Below are positions 38,295-51,400 of a DNA stretch of 64,000 nt, one piece after another. Position numbers and translations under genes: made by a program. The DNA is from Octopus sinensis (taxonomy: Eukaryota): contig NC_043015.1 of assembly GCF_006345805.1 (NCBI RefSeq), forward strand, positions 46,810,001 to 46,874,000, read 5' to 3'. Every line of letters begins with the position of its first letter. Position 1 is the stretch's first letter. The notes beneath the pieces were generated by a model, which saw only the letters and a list, made by a program, of their open reading frames with translations, ran no database searches and was not told the DNA's origin.

Positions 38295-38960
38295 TCATCA
38301 TCATCATCATCATCGTTTAGCGTCCGCTTTCCATGCTAGCACGGGTTGGACGGTTCGACCAGGGTCTGGGAAGCCCGAAGGCTGCACCAGGCTCCCGTCT
38401 GATCTGGCAGTGTTTCTACAGCTGGATGCCCTTCCTAACGCCAACCACTCCGCGATTGTAGTGGGTGCTTTTTACGTGCCACCGGCACAGGTGCCAGGGG
38501 AGTCTGGCATCGGTCACGATTGGTTGGTGCTTTTAACGTGCCACCGGCACGGAAGCCAGCCAAGGTGGCGCTGGCATCGGCCACGTTCAGACAGTGCTTT
38601 TTATGTGCCACTGGCACAGAAGTCAGTTGAGGCGGCGCTGGCATCGGCCATGTTCGGACGGTGCTTTTTATGTGCCACCGGCACAGAAGCCAGTCGAGGC
38701 AGCGCTGGCAACGGCCACGTTCGGATGATGCTTTTTATGTGCCACCGGCACAGGTATCACAACTACTATTTCCATTGATATTTATTTCGATGTTCATGTA
38801 CTTGACTCAACAGGTCTCCTCAAGCACAGCGGGATGTTCTGGAATCCAAGGTACTTTGAATGGGCAGGGGCTATGTGCAGGAAGCAGCCCAGGTATTTGC
38901 AGTCACAGCATATCTCCAGAGATCTCGGTGCTTCACCTTTGCCTCAGTGAGGCCCAACGT
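38295..38960 (-). mobile_element. RTE-family 3'UTR copy with ~5 tandem ~65-bp subunits
   Basis: Same (CAT)n + AGGAAGGGCATCC + GTGCCACCGGCAC subunit architecture as 2620-3150. Confidence 0.85.
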
Positions 38961-39124
38961 TCTGAGGTCAAATAGCTGTGTGGTAAGAAGCTTGCATTCC
39001 AACCACATGGTTCCAGGTTCAGTCCCACTGTTTGGCACCTTAGGCAATTGTCTTCCACTATTGCCTCAGGCTGACCAAAAACCTTGTGGGTGGATTTGGT
39101 AGAGAGTAACTGAAAGAAGCCTGT

Positions 39125-39170
<46 letters not shown>

Positions 39171-39340
39171 AATTGAGATAGGGGTTGTAAATGCAACCCT
39201 CCATGGGATAACATATATCCAATATACTGCTAATGAAGTACCCAACAAAGTTAATACATAAATGTTAAGGATTGCGATGCAATCAATTCATTTACTGCAT
39301 TATATGGGCAAAGGTAAAATGATTTACCACAAATTACTAA

Positions 39341-39647
39341 TACAAGATAAGAAAATGGAGAAATACATCTAAATCAAATATCAATTACCAGATAATACTC
39401 AATCACATACTTTATTAAACCACCACATAAGAGACTGTAGGGTTAAACATAAAAAAGCAGAACAAATCAGTGTACATAAAGGAATGTACATAAAAAAGTG
39501 TACATAAAAGAGTAACGTTGTATAATAAGTAGAATATATATAAAAAAGAGAATACGGTCTCTTATGTGGTGTTTTAATAAAGTATGTGATTGAGTATTAT
39601 CTGGTAATTGATATTTGATTTAGATGTATTTCTCCATTTTCTTATCT

Positions 39648-39651
<4 letters not shown>
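39341..39651. repeat. Fold-back element
   Basis: Arms 39341-39435 / 39557-39651, right arm ending in (TA)n. Confidence 0.9.
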
Positions 39652-39683
<32 letters not shown>

Positions 39684-39687
<4 letters not shown>

Positions 39688-39915
39688 TTATTTACATTTG
39701 ACAGATATTTGTCCTCATCTTGTTTGTTGTTAACACGTTTCGGTTGATATACCCTCCAGCCTTCATCAGGTGTCTTGGGGAAATTTCGAACCTGGGTTCT
39801 CATTCCTAAGGTATGTTGTTGTTGTTGTTGTTGTTGTGTTGTTGTTGTTGTTGTTATTATTCTTCAGGTCAATGCCTGGAATCAAACTCAGAATCTTGGG
39901 GTTATAATAATAATG

Positions 39916-39963
<48 letters not shown>

Positions 39964-40125
39964 GTAACAACAACAACAACAACATTGAAAAATACCTTAG
40001 GAATGAGAACCCAGGATCGAAATTTCCCCAAGACACCTAATGGAGGCTGCAGGGTATATCAGCCGAAACATTGTGTTAACAACAAATAAGATGAGGACAA
40101 ATATCCGTCATATGTAAATAATGTA
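39684..40125. mobile_element. Inverted pair of hammerhead-bearing pLTR-like fragments around (GTT)n/(AAT)n/(AAC)n
   Basis: 39684-39812 (minus) and 39992-40125 (plus) are reverse complements; hammerhead motifs at 39732-39774 and 40032-40077, both damaged. Confidence 0.8.
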
Positions 40126-40205
40126 AATAATATACATAATTACTCATTTCTTAAATATGGAACTATATATATATATATATCTATCTATCTATATATATAT
40201 ATATA

Positions 40206-40272
<67 letters not shown>

Positions 40273-40384
40273 TGCGGTGCCCCAGCAAAATGGCGGTGCC
40301 TCAGCAAAATGGCGGTGCCCCAGCATGGCCACAGCTCATAAGCTGAAACTGGAAAAATCAAAAATCAAAAAAAATCAAAAATAT

Positions 40385-40429
<45 letters not shown>

Positions 40430-41701
40430 TATGCATGTATATGTATGTATCTAAATATAAATGTTTATATATATATATATATGTATCTATGTTGTGTGCC
40501 TGTAATTGTCCTCCCATCATCACTTGACAACTGTTGTTGGTGTTGTTTACATCCCTGTAACTTAGCAGTTTGGCAAAAGATACCGATAGAATAAGTACCA
40601 GGCTTACAAAGAATAAGTTCTGGGGTTGATCTCTTCGTCTAAAATAAGGTGGTGCTCCAGCATAGACACAATCAAATGACTGAAACAAGTAAAAGAATGC
40701 AATGCATTATTTTATTGACCTCTTCCCCAGCCCAAAGGGGGTGAAAGACACAGTTGACCTTGGTGGAATTTGAACTCAGAACGTCAAGTACCAGAAGAGA
40801 TATTGCTAAATGGTTTCATCTCACATGCTAACAATTCTGCCAGCCTAATGCCTATGCCTGGCATCAGTAGATGAATCAAATCTCTATTGTATACAGCATT
40901 AGTTTAATTCAGGAAAACCTATTTGGTAGCTATTGCTCAGAGTAATATGAACTGAGAACTCTAGAATAAAATGTACCATGCGGAGACAATTATTTACAGC
41001 TGATTCCACTTGGAATTGTATATGGATGTAGACATTTGCATACAAAAGATCCAATTACTGAAAGTGGATGAAACTTGTGCAAGAGGGAAACCCAGGAAAA
41101 GACAGGATGAAGTATTGAAGCCCATCCTTGAGACACTGAGCCTTATGAAGGAGATGATAAAGGACCAAGATGCTTGGTGCCTTGCTGTATTCAAGAAGAC
41201 CTGTCTGCCACAGCAGAAATGATATTGGTGCTGGTGCCACATGAGAAACACTTAGTACACTCTGTGAAGTGGTTGGCATTAGGAAAAGCATTCTGCTGTA
41301 GAAACCATGCCATAAATGGAGCCTTGTGGGGCCCCTGGCCTTACTAGTTCCAGTCAAACAATCCAACCCATGCCAGCATGGAAAACAGACGTTAAATGAT
41401 GATGATGATGATGATTTAGTAGTTCTGTAGTGATCAGTTCTCTAACCCAGGACAACACACTAAATATATATATTTTCTCTTTTAAGTTTGACTCTCATTT
41501 TGTGATTCGGTCACGAAGAATTTCATCTAATTACTAATCAGTTATATTACACAATATATGAACCACTGATTTAATAGAGAATATCCCAGAAAGAAAGATA
41601 AAAATATTTTCCAAATCATTTTATGGACATACACATAAAAGGTTATGAATAAGGAATGAGTGAAAATAAAGACAGCAGAAATTAAACTAAAAACCTAAGA
41701 C

Positions 41702-41995
41702 TGTAGTGAACTTATATAACAAGGTGTCGAAAATATGTGATTACGTTTTAATATATATATATACATACATGAGAGGATATGTATTGTAGTGAACTTATAT
41801 AACAAGGTGTCGAAAATATGTGATAACGTTTTAATATATATATATACATACATGAGAGGATATGTATTGTAGTGAACTTATATAACAAGGTGTCGAAAAT
41901 ATGTGATTGTGTTTTAATATATATATACATACATGAGAGAATATGTATTGTACTGAACTTATATAACAAGGTGTCAAAATACATATGATTATATG
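41702..41995. repeat. Minisatellite, ~81-83-bp unit, ~3.5 copies
   Basis: TGTAGTGAACTTATATAACAAGGTGTC starts at 41702, 41785, 41868 and (variant) 41949. Confidence 0.9.
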
Positions 41996-42128
41996 TTTTT
42001 ATATATATATGTACATATATATATATGGATATTAACAAAGGGTAATAATATGGATTACTACCAGTGGCCCAGCACAAAAGACGAATTAGTCATTAGACAA
42101 AATATTATTCATACAGAAAAATATTATT

Positions 42129-42314
42129 CATATAGAAATATAATTAAGGGCTCCTAAATAAGGATGCCAAGTGCTAGGGGCACAAAAAAAGGATAGATTT
42201 ATCGAGTGAAAATCAAAAATGTTTTTGATTTTCACTCTCGATAAATCTATCCTTTTTTTGTGCCCCTAGCACTTGGCATCCTTATTTAGGAGCCCTTAAT
42301 TATATTTCTATATG
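42129..42314. repeat. Near-perfect palindrome, 2-nt loop
   Basis: Arms 42129-42219 / 42222-42314, differing by one 2-nt indel. Confidence 0.92.
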
Positions 42315-42415
42315 TACATATATATAGAAGCTCCTTCTATAAAATAAATTACTTTACTCTGCTATGTATTGAGTACCTTATTTACTGTGGTTAACCCCGA
42401 CTCAACCTGGGACCT

Positions 42416-42479
<64 letters not shown>

Positions 42480-43134
42480 ACATGAGAGAATGTGTTTGTG
42501 TATTGAACCTGAACAAGGTCATTAGGCAGTCAAAGAAATTGAGTGTCTCCTTATATTTCTACTGTGAATTTCAGATGACCTAATTTTTGCGTCTTTTCAA
42601 AGCTAGAAATTGCTTTTATAATCACCTATAATGAGATAGCTTGGGACATTTTTTAGTCTCTTTTTAATAAGCGTAACTAATTATTGAAACATAGGTTTTG
42701 GGAAAATGTACTCTCTTTTACTTGTTTCAGTCATTTGACTGCGGCCATGCTAGAGCTCCGCCTTTAGTCAAGCAAATCGACCCCAGGACTTATTCTTTGT
42801 AAGCCTAGTACTTATTCTATCAGTCTCTTTTGCCGAATCGCTAAGTTACAAGGACATAAACACACCAACATCAGTTGTCAAGCAATATTCACACACGCAA
42901 ATGACACCATACCAGTGTCACACAAATAGCACCCATGCTGGTTGTATGTAAAAGCACCCTTGAAATGTTGGGCCTCACAGAGGTAATGACTGAGTCCATT
43001 TGGCATTATGAGAAGAATTCTCATCAAGCCAGGTAAATCTGCAGCCATGGCAGATACCAGTGTCACATAAATAGCACCTGTACTGGTGGCATGTAAAAGT
43101 ACCCATCACACTCTCAGAGCACTAATCTGTGTAG

Positions 43135-43410
43135 GGGCACATGGCCTAGTGGTTTGAGCAGCGGACTCGTGATCGAAGGATCATGGGTTCGAATCTCAGA
43201 TCGGGTGATGTGTGTGTTTATGAGCGAAACACCTAAGCTCCCACGCGGCTCCGGCAGAAGGTAATGATGAACTTCTGCTGACTCCTTCGCCACGACTTTC
43301 TCTCACTCTTTCCTCCTGCAACTTGCAGCTCACCTGCGACGGACTGGTGTCCCATCCAGGTGGGGAACCTATACGCCAAGGAAACTGGCCCTTATGAGCC
43401 AGGTGTGGCT
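43135..43410 (+). mobile_element. tRNA-derived SINE related to family C with a V-SINE-like central motif
   Basis: Head TGGCCTAGTGGTTTGAGCAGCGGACTCG...GGTTCGAATCTC; CCTGCGACGGACTGGTGTCCCATCCAGG resembles the V-SINE CTGCGATGGACTGG..TCCAGG motif; a second, internally deleted copy lies at 43583-43825. Confidence 0.7.
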
Positions 43411-44565
43411 TGAGAAGGAACAAACATACATTTAGGTGTCTAATTTTTTTATCCCCACATTTGCTTCTATACCAGCTCAACCTGATCCCTCTTATATCCT
43501 TTCTTTACCTTGTGAATATCCCTTGTAAAGACACCGGAGTCTGAGTATGAATATTTTCAGTGCTACTATGTGTTTTCTGTGTGGAGGCACATAGCCTGGT
43601 GGTTAGAGCAGCGGACTCGCGGTCGAGGGATCATGGGTTCGAATCTCAGACCTAAGCTCCCACGCGGCTCCGGCGGAAGGTAATGGCGAAACTTCTGCTG
43701 ACTCTTTCGCCACAACTTTCTCTCACCTGCGACGGACAGGCGTCCCATCCAGGTGGGGAACCTATATGCCAAGGAGACCGGGAAACCAGCCCTATGAGCC
43801 AGGCGTAGCTTGAGAAGGGACAAGCAAGTGTCTTCTGTATGGAGAATATCTGCATCTCTTCTGCAAACTACACACACGATAGGCTTCTTTCACTTTCTGT
43901 CTATCAAATTCACTAAAAAGCATCGGCTACTTCAGAGCTATCATAGAATACACTTGTTTGAGATGCCACACATTGGGATGGAACCTGAATCCATGTGGCT
44001 ACAAAATAAGCTTCTTAACTACACAGTCATGACTTCAGATATTTTTACTGTTTTTGACCTTGCTTTTTAATCACAAATCGGGTCAGCTCATGACTAATTG
44101 CTATTTTAGTAATTAGAAACATATTCCAAGTGTCTGCTAACGTCATACTATCCATGCATAAATCAAGTAATTTATCCATGCATAATTTAAGTAATTACAG
44201 ATGTTTAAAAAACTTTGTACATATGACATAATAATTGGTAATTAGTAATTTGGAAGTACTTGAAAAGGAATGTAATAAACAAATTAGTTAACAAAGATAA
44301 TATTTAAAACAATTAAAAATGCTGTAATATATCTTTATCTTTTATTTGTTTCTTTTGTTGGAATGTGGCCATTCTGGGGCACCAGGTTGAAGGGTTCTAG
44401 TTGAGCAAATCAGCAACGCAACGTTTGCTTATTTTATTTTTTTTTTCTTTATTAAGTCTAGGTATTCTTCTTTCAGTCTCTTTGGCTGAACTGCAAAAAT
44501 TATTGGGATGTAAGCAAACCAACAGAGGTTATCAAGCTGTAGATAACAAACACAAACACATGCAT

Positions 44566-44605
<40 letters not shown>

Positions 44606-44720
44606 TGTTGGAGGGACAAACACAGATACAGAACACACACACACACACACACACACACAACACACACACACCACACACACACACACATATATATTGTTGG
44701 AGGGACAAACACAGATACAG

Positions 44721-44779
<59 letters not shown>

Positions 44780-44780
<1 letters not shown>

Positions 44781-44965
44781 GGGAGAGTTTACGAAAAAAA
44801 CAAAAGACGAAGACAGGTGGTGTACAAAACAAACAGATGTATTAGTATAATGCTCAGGAATAGCAAAAATATTTTACGTTTCGAGTCTACGCTCTTCTAC
44901 AGAAAGGGACACAGAAAAAACAAGGAGAGAAAAAATGTGTGTTGTGGCTAACGGTCTATCATGGC

Positions 44966-45002
<37 letters not shown>

Positions 45003-45320
45003 TAATAAATAAAATATATGCATACATACAAACATATATGTACGTACCTACATCTACATGTATATATACATGCATATATAAATATATGAATATATAAATC
45101 ATATATATATATATATATAGTTAATCCAAACAAGAAAGCACAAAAAAAAACACAACGCGAGGAAGTGGAACAAATATAGTATTATTGGATGCTCAGGAAA
45201 GAAGGAGGGTTTAATGTTTTGAGTGGAGCTCTTCATCGGAAACATAGGAGAAGGAAAGATCCAGAGAAGGGAAGACAGAGGAAAAAAATCGCCAACGGTA
45301 CACACGTGGTCACATTTTGA
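44780..45320 (-). mobile_element. Two tandem pLTR-like fragments with degenerate hammerhead motifs
   Basis: Minus strand UUU CUGUAGA A GAGcguagaCUC GAAACGUA AAA (44872-44905) and GUUU CCGAUGA A GAGcuccaCUC AAAACAUU AAAC (~45209-45243); both embedded in (TA)n. Confidence 0.55.
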
Positions 45321-45353
<33 letters not shown>

Positions 45354-46314
45354 TATATACGACGGCCTTCTTTCAGTTTCCTTCTACCAAATCCACTCAC
45401 AAGGCTTTGGTCGACCCTAGGCTATAGTAGAAGACACTTGCCGAAGGTGCCACGCAATGGAACTGAACCCAGAGCCATGTGGTTGGTAAGCAAGCTACTT
45501 ACCACACAGCCACTCCTGCACCTACATATCTATTAAAATATACCAATAGATATGTATAATGAGTGCTTCAACTGATTCACCACTAAAACTCTGGTTTGAA
45601 GTACATAGGGGAACCAGGTGTTGAAATTTCTTATCCAAGGTGTCTGGAAGCAGTACCTGATTCAGTGGGTATCAATAGCTCAAAAATGGACAAGCAAAAC
45701 GTTTGGCATTACTCAAGGAAATTTACTTCATAATAAAGTACAAATAAGGTATAAAGTATAAAACAGTTTAGGTGGATATGCAGAGTTTCTTACAGCTGTT
45801 TCGGGAATACCTGAGCAAGTGGATCACGTTAATGTGCAAGGAATATAAGGATCTGTCACCAGAAAGATTAAAGTATAATTGAGGTTATAATTAGTTATCA
45901 GTTATAATGAGAGGTAATTGTATTATGTAATTCCATGATTAAAGAATTAAAGGCTTAAAGAATTTACAGAGTCAATGAAGTCTTATAAGTCCATTGATAA
46001 ACTACTCATAATATGAATTTTTTAGCTCAGCAAGTACCTCAAATATTGGGGTCGGTTTATTTGACCAGATCATTCAAAGCAATGCTCCAGCATGGCCACA
46101 GTTTAATATCTGAAACACATAAAAGGTAAAAGATAAAAGAAAGACGATTCCTCCATTCGACCGCCATCATCCTTCATACGCATCGCTCGAATGTCCTACA
46201 CAGTCTTCTCCGATCCTTCTAATGACTACTTTTGTATTTTTTGTCTTTCAACACTGCTTACCTCCCTTAGTCATACAAGTACACGCTGACACGACACACA
46301 TCCAGTGAATCATA

Positions 46315-46662
46315 CTTTCTTTCTTTCTTTCTTTCATTTATTCTTTTTCTTTCTTTCTTTTATTCTTTCAACTTTCTTTCTTTCATTTATTCTTTTTCTT
46401 CCTTTCTTTTTTCTTTCTTTCTTTCTTTCTTTCATTTATTCTTTTCTTTCTTTTTTCATTTATTCTTTTCTTTCTTTTTTCTCTTCTTTCTTTCTTTATT
46501 CTTTCAACTTTCTTTCTTTCATTTATTCTTTTTCTTCCTTTCTTTTTTCTTTCTTTCTTTCTTTCTTTCATTTATTCTTTTTCTTTCTTTTTTCATTTAT
46601 TCTTTCTTTCTTTTTTCTCTTCTTTCTTTCTTTTATTCTTTCAACTTTCTTTCTTTCTTTCT
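46315..46662. repeat. (TTTC)n-rich tract with 136-bp higher-order period
   Basis: Landmarks TCAAC at 46368/46504/46641 and CCTT at 46401/46537. Confidence 0.85.
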
Positions 46663-47200
46663 AACCTTCTTACATCATTTTCATTCAGTGTTCTTGTACC
46701 ACTACCAAGTAATATCACACTTCAAACACCAGCATCTTACAGTCTACTTTTCACTGTGTGTGTGAAAGAGAGAGAGAGACACAGAGAGACAGAGAGAGAA
46801 AAGAGAGAGAGAGAAAAAAAGAGAGAGAGAGAAAGAAAGAGAGAGAGAGAGGCCCTTCATTGCCAACAGAGGAAATATATCTCCCGGAGCTTTCTTTGTC
46901 CAGTTCTTTCTGTGACTATTATGCATTTGTAATAAACATTGCTTTTAAATTCACAAACATTTGCCCAAAAAACTAGTTCATTCGCTTCTTCCTCAGCGTT
47001 TCTTACTGGAATTCACCAGGGCTGATCAACAGCAAATAGAAAAATTACAACTGTGACTTTAGATAAGTGGTCCACTTATCTTATATTGCAGACAAGCTGG
47101 GTAACAAGATAATGAAGTAGTTTGTTTCTGCTTAACTGTTTAATTATTTTTATCAGCAACTGAAGTAGTCCTGAGAAATGCATAGTTATCACAGTGTGTT

Positions 47201-47231
<31 letters not shown>

Positions 47232-48255
47232 ACACCGGAAAAAATGCTTAGCAGTATTTTACCTGTCTTTGCAATTCTGAGTTCAAATTCTACTGAGGTC
47301 AGCTTTGCCTTTCATCCTTCTGGGGGTCAGTGAAATAAGTAAGCCCCAGAAGTGGCCAAAAGATACATTGGCTATACATTGTTTTGTTTTGTTTGTTTTC
47401 ACTTGTTTCAGTCATTTGACTGCGGCCATGCTGGAGCACCGCCTTTAGTCGAGCAAATCGACCCCGGGACTTATTCTTTGTAAGCCCAGTACTTATTCTA
47501 TCGGCCTCTTTTGCCGAACTGCTAAGTGACGGGTACGTAAACACACCAGCATCGGTTGTCAAGCGATGCTAGGGGAACAAACACAGACACACAAACATAC
47601 ACACGCATATGTATATATATATATACATATATTCGACAGGCTTCTTTCAGATTCCGTCTACCAAATCCACTCACAAGGCTTTGGTCGGCCCGGGGCTATA
47701 GCAGAAGACACTTGCCCAAGATGCCACGCAGTGGGACTGAACCCGGAACCATGTGGTTGGTTAGCAAGCTACTTACCACACAGTCACTCCTGCGCCTATA
47801 TAATTTTTATTTGAATATTGGCCTCAAATTTTGGCACAAGGCCCGCAATTCCATTGCTCAACTGGTACTTATTTTATTGACCCAGAAACAATGAAAGGCA
47901 AATTCTACCACAGCGGAATTTGAACTCAGAACATGAAGTTAGATGAAATGCTGCTAAGCATTTTCCACAGCATGCTAGCAATTCTGCCAGCTTATTTGAA
48001 CATTAAAAGCAATTTTTATATATAAAAGAATTTTTCTATTTACATATATATGCTTAGCATTTCAGCACCAGTTTTGCATTCATGGGGCACTCAAAGTCAA
48101 AGCATTTATATCAGATGAAATATATATTTTAGTTGGCTGATATCATGTGAGCGAGCATAAGAGGTAAATCAGTCATATAGTGTTCTAATCTTAGCTGGTA
48201 GGGTCATGCTGTTGATACAACTGACCAACAGTATGACCCTACCTGCTAAGTAAAC

Positions 48256-48430
48256 ATGCCAGCATTGGTTGTCAAGTGGGGGGACAAACACAGACACACA
48301 AACATATACACACATACATATATATATATATACATATATACACATATATATGACAGGCTTCTTTCAGTTTCCGTCTACCAAATCCACTCACAAAGCTTTG
48401 GTCGGCCTGAGGCTATAGTAGAAGACACTT
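48256..48430 (-). mobile_element. SINE family A copy from which the satellite emerges
   Basis: Normal SINE body (GACAAACACAG, (TA)n, CTTTCAGTTTCCGTCTACCAAATCC, GGTCGGCCTGAGGCTATAGTAGAAGAC) runs without a break into the first satellite unit. Confidence 0.9.
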
Positions 48431-51400
48431 GCCCTAGGTGCCAATGCAGTGGGACTGAACCCGAAACCATGTGGTTCGTAAAGCCACTCCTACGCCTATA
48501 GTAGATGACACTTGCCCAAGGTGCAATGCAGTGGGACTGAACCCGAAACCATGTGGTTCGTAAAGCCACTCCTACGCCTATAGTAGATGACACTTGCCCA
48601 AGGTGCAATGCAGTGGGACTGAACCCGGAACCATGTGGTTCGTAAAGCCACTCCTACGCCTATAGTAGATGACACTTGCCCAAGGTGCCATGCAGTGGGA
48701 CTGAACCCGAAACCATGTGGTTCGTAAAGCCACTCCTACGCCTATAGTAGATGACACTTGCCCGAGGTGCAATGCAGTGGGACTGAACCCGAAACCATGT
48801 GGTTCGTAAAGCCACTCCTACGCCTATAGTAGATGACACTTGCCCAAGTGCAATGCAGTGGGACTGAACCCGAAACCATGTGGTTCGTAAAGCCACTCCT
48901 ACGCCTATAGTAGATGACACTTGCCCAAGGTGCAATGCAGTGGGACTGAACCCGGAACCATGTGGTTCGTAAAGCCACTCCTACGCCTATAGTAGATGAC
49001 ACTTGCCCAAGGTGCCATGCAGTGGGACTGAACCCGAAACCATGTGGTTCGTAAAGCCACTCCTACGCCTATAGTAGATGACACTTGCCAAGGTGCAATG
49101 CAGTGGGACTGAACCCGGAACCATGTGGTTCGTAAGCCACTCCTCCGCCTATAGTAGATGACACTTGCCCAAGGTGCCATGCAGTGGGACTGAACCCGAA
49201 ACCATGTGGTTCGTAAAGCCACTCCTACGCCTATAGTAGATGACACTTGCCCAAGGTGCCATGCAGTGGGACTGAACCCGGAACCATGTGGTTCGTAAAG
49301 CCACTCCTACGCCTATAGTAGATGACACTTGCCCAAGGTGCCATGCAGTGGGACTGAACCCGAAACCATGTGGTTCGTAAAGCCACTCCTCCGCCTATAG
49401 TAGATGACACTTGCCCAAGGTGCCATGCAGTGGGACTGAACCCGGAACCATGTGGTTCGTAAAGCCACTCCTACGCCTATAGTAGATGACACTTGCCCAA
49501 GGTGCCATGCAGTGGGACTGAACCCGAAACCATGTGGTTCGTAAAGCCACTCCTCCGCCTATAGTAGATGACACTTGCCCAAGGTGCAATGCAGTGGGAC
49601 TGAACCCGGAACCATGTGGTTCGTAAAGCCACTCCTACGCCTATAGTAGATGACACTTGCCCAAGGTGCCATGCAGTGGGACTGAACCCGAACCGTGTGG
49701 TTCGTAAAGCCACTCCTACGCCTATAGTAGATGACACTTGCCCAAGGTGCCATGCAGTGGGACTGAACCCGGAACCATGTGGTTCGTAAAGCCACTCCTA
49801 CGCCTATAGTAGATGACACTTGCCCAAGGTGCCATGCAGTGGGACTGAACCCGGAACCATGTGGTTCGTAAAGCCACTCCTACGCCTATAGTAGATGACA
49901 CTTGCCCAAGGTGCCATGCAGTGGGACTGAACCCGGAACCATGTGGTTCGTAAAGCCACTCCTACGCCTATAGTAGATGACACTTGCCCAAGGTGCCATG
50001 CAGTGGGACTGAACCCGGAACCATGTGGTTCGTAAAGCCACTCCTACGCCTATAGTAGATGACACTTGCCCAAGGTGCCATGCAGTGGGACTGAACCCGG
50101 AACCATGTGGTTCGTAAAGCCACTCCTACGCCTATAGTAGATGACACTTGCCCAGGTGCCATGCAGTGGGACTGAACCCGAAACCATGTGGTTCGTAAAG
50201 CCACTCCTACGCCTATAGTAGATGACACTTGCCCAGGTGCCATGCAGTGGGACTGAACCCGGAACCATGTGGTTCGTAAAGCCACTCCTACGCCTATAGT
50301 AGATGACACTTGCCCAAGGTGCCATGCAGTGGGACTGAACCCGGAACCATGTGGTTCGTAAAGCCACTCCTACGCCTATAGTAGATGACACTTGCCCAAG
50401 GTGCCATGCAGTGGGACTGAACCCGAAACCGTGTGGTTCGTAAAGCCACTCCTACGCCTATAGTAGATGACACTTGCCCAAGGTGCCATGCAGTGGGACT
50501 GAACCCGAAACCGTGTGGTTCGTAAAGCCACTCCTACGCCTATAGTAGATGACACTTGCCCAAGGTGCCATGCAGTGGGACTGAACCCGAAACCGTGTGG
50601 TTCGTAAAGCCACTCCTACGCCTATAGTAGATGACACTTGCCCAGGTGCCATGCAGTGGGACTGAACCCGGAACCATGTGGTTCGTAAAGCCACTCCTAC
50701 GCCTATAGTAGATGACACTTGCCCAAGGTGCCATGCAGTGGGACTGAACCCGAACCATGTGGTTCGTAAAGCCACTCCTCCGCCTATAGTAGATGACACT
50801 TGCCCAAGGTGCCATGCAGTGGGACTGAACCCGGAACCATGTGGTTCGTAAAGCCACTCCTACGCCTATAGTAGATGACACTTGCCCAAGGTGCCATGCA
50901 GTGGGACTGAACCCGAAACCGTGTGGTTCGTAAAGCCACTCCTACGCCTATAGTAGATGACACTTGCCCAAGGTGCCATGCAGTGGGACTGAACCCGAAA
51001 CCATGTGGTTCGTAAAGCCACTCCTACGCCTATAGTAGATGACATTTGCCCAAGGTGCCATGCAGTGGGACTGAACCCGGAACCATGTGGTTCGTAAAGC
51101 CACTCCTACGCCTATAGTAGATGACACTTGCCCAAGGTGCCATGCAGTGGGACTGAACCCGAAACCATGTGGTTCGTAAAGCCACTCCTACGCCTATAGT
51201 AGATGACACTTGCCCAAGGTGCCATGCAGTGGGACTGAACCCGGAACCATGTGGTTCGTAAAGCACTCCTACGCCTATAGTAGATGACACTTGCCCAAGG
51301 TGCCATGCAGTGGGACTGAACCGGAACCATGTGGTTCGTAAAGCCACTCCTACGCCTATAGTAGATGACACTTGCCCAAGGTGCCATGCAGTGGGACTGA

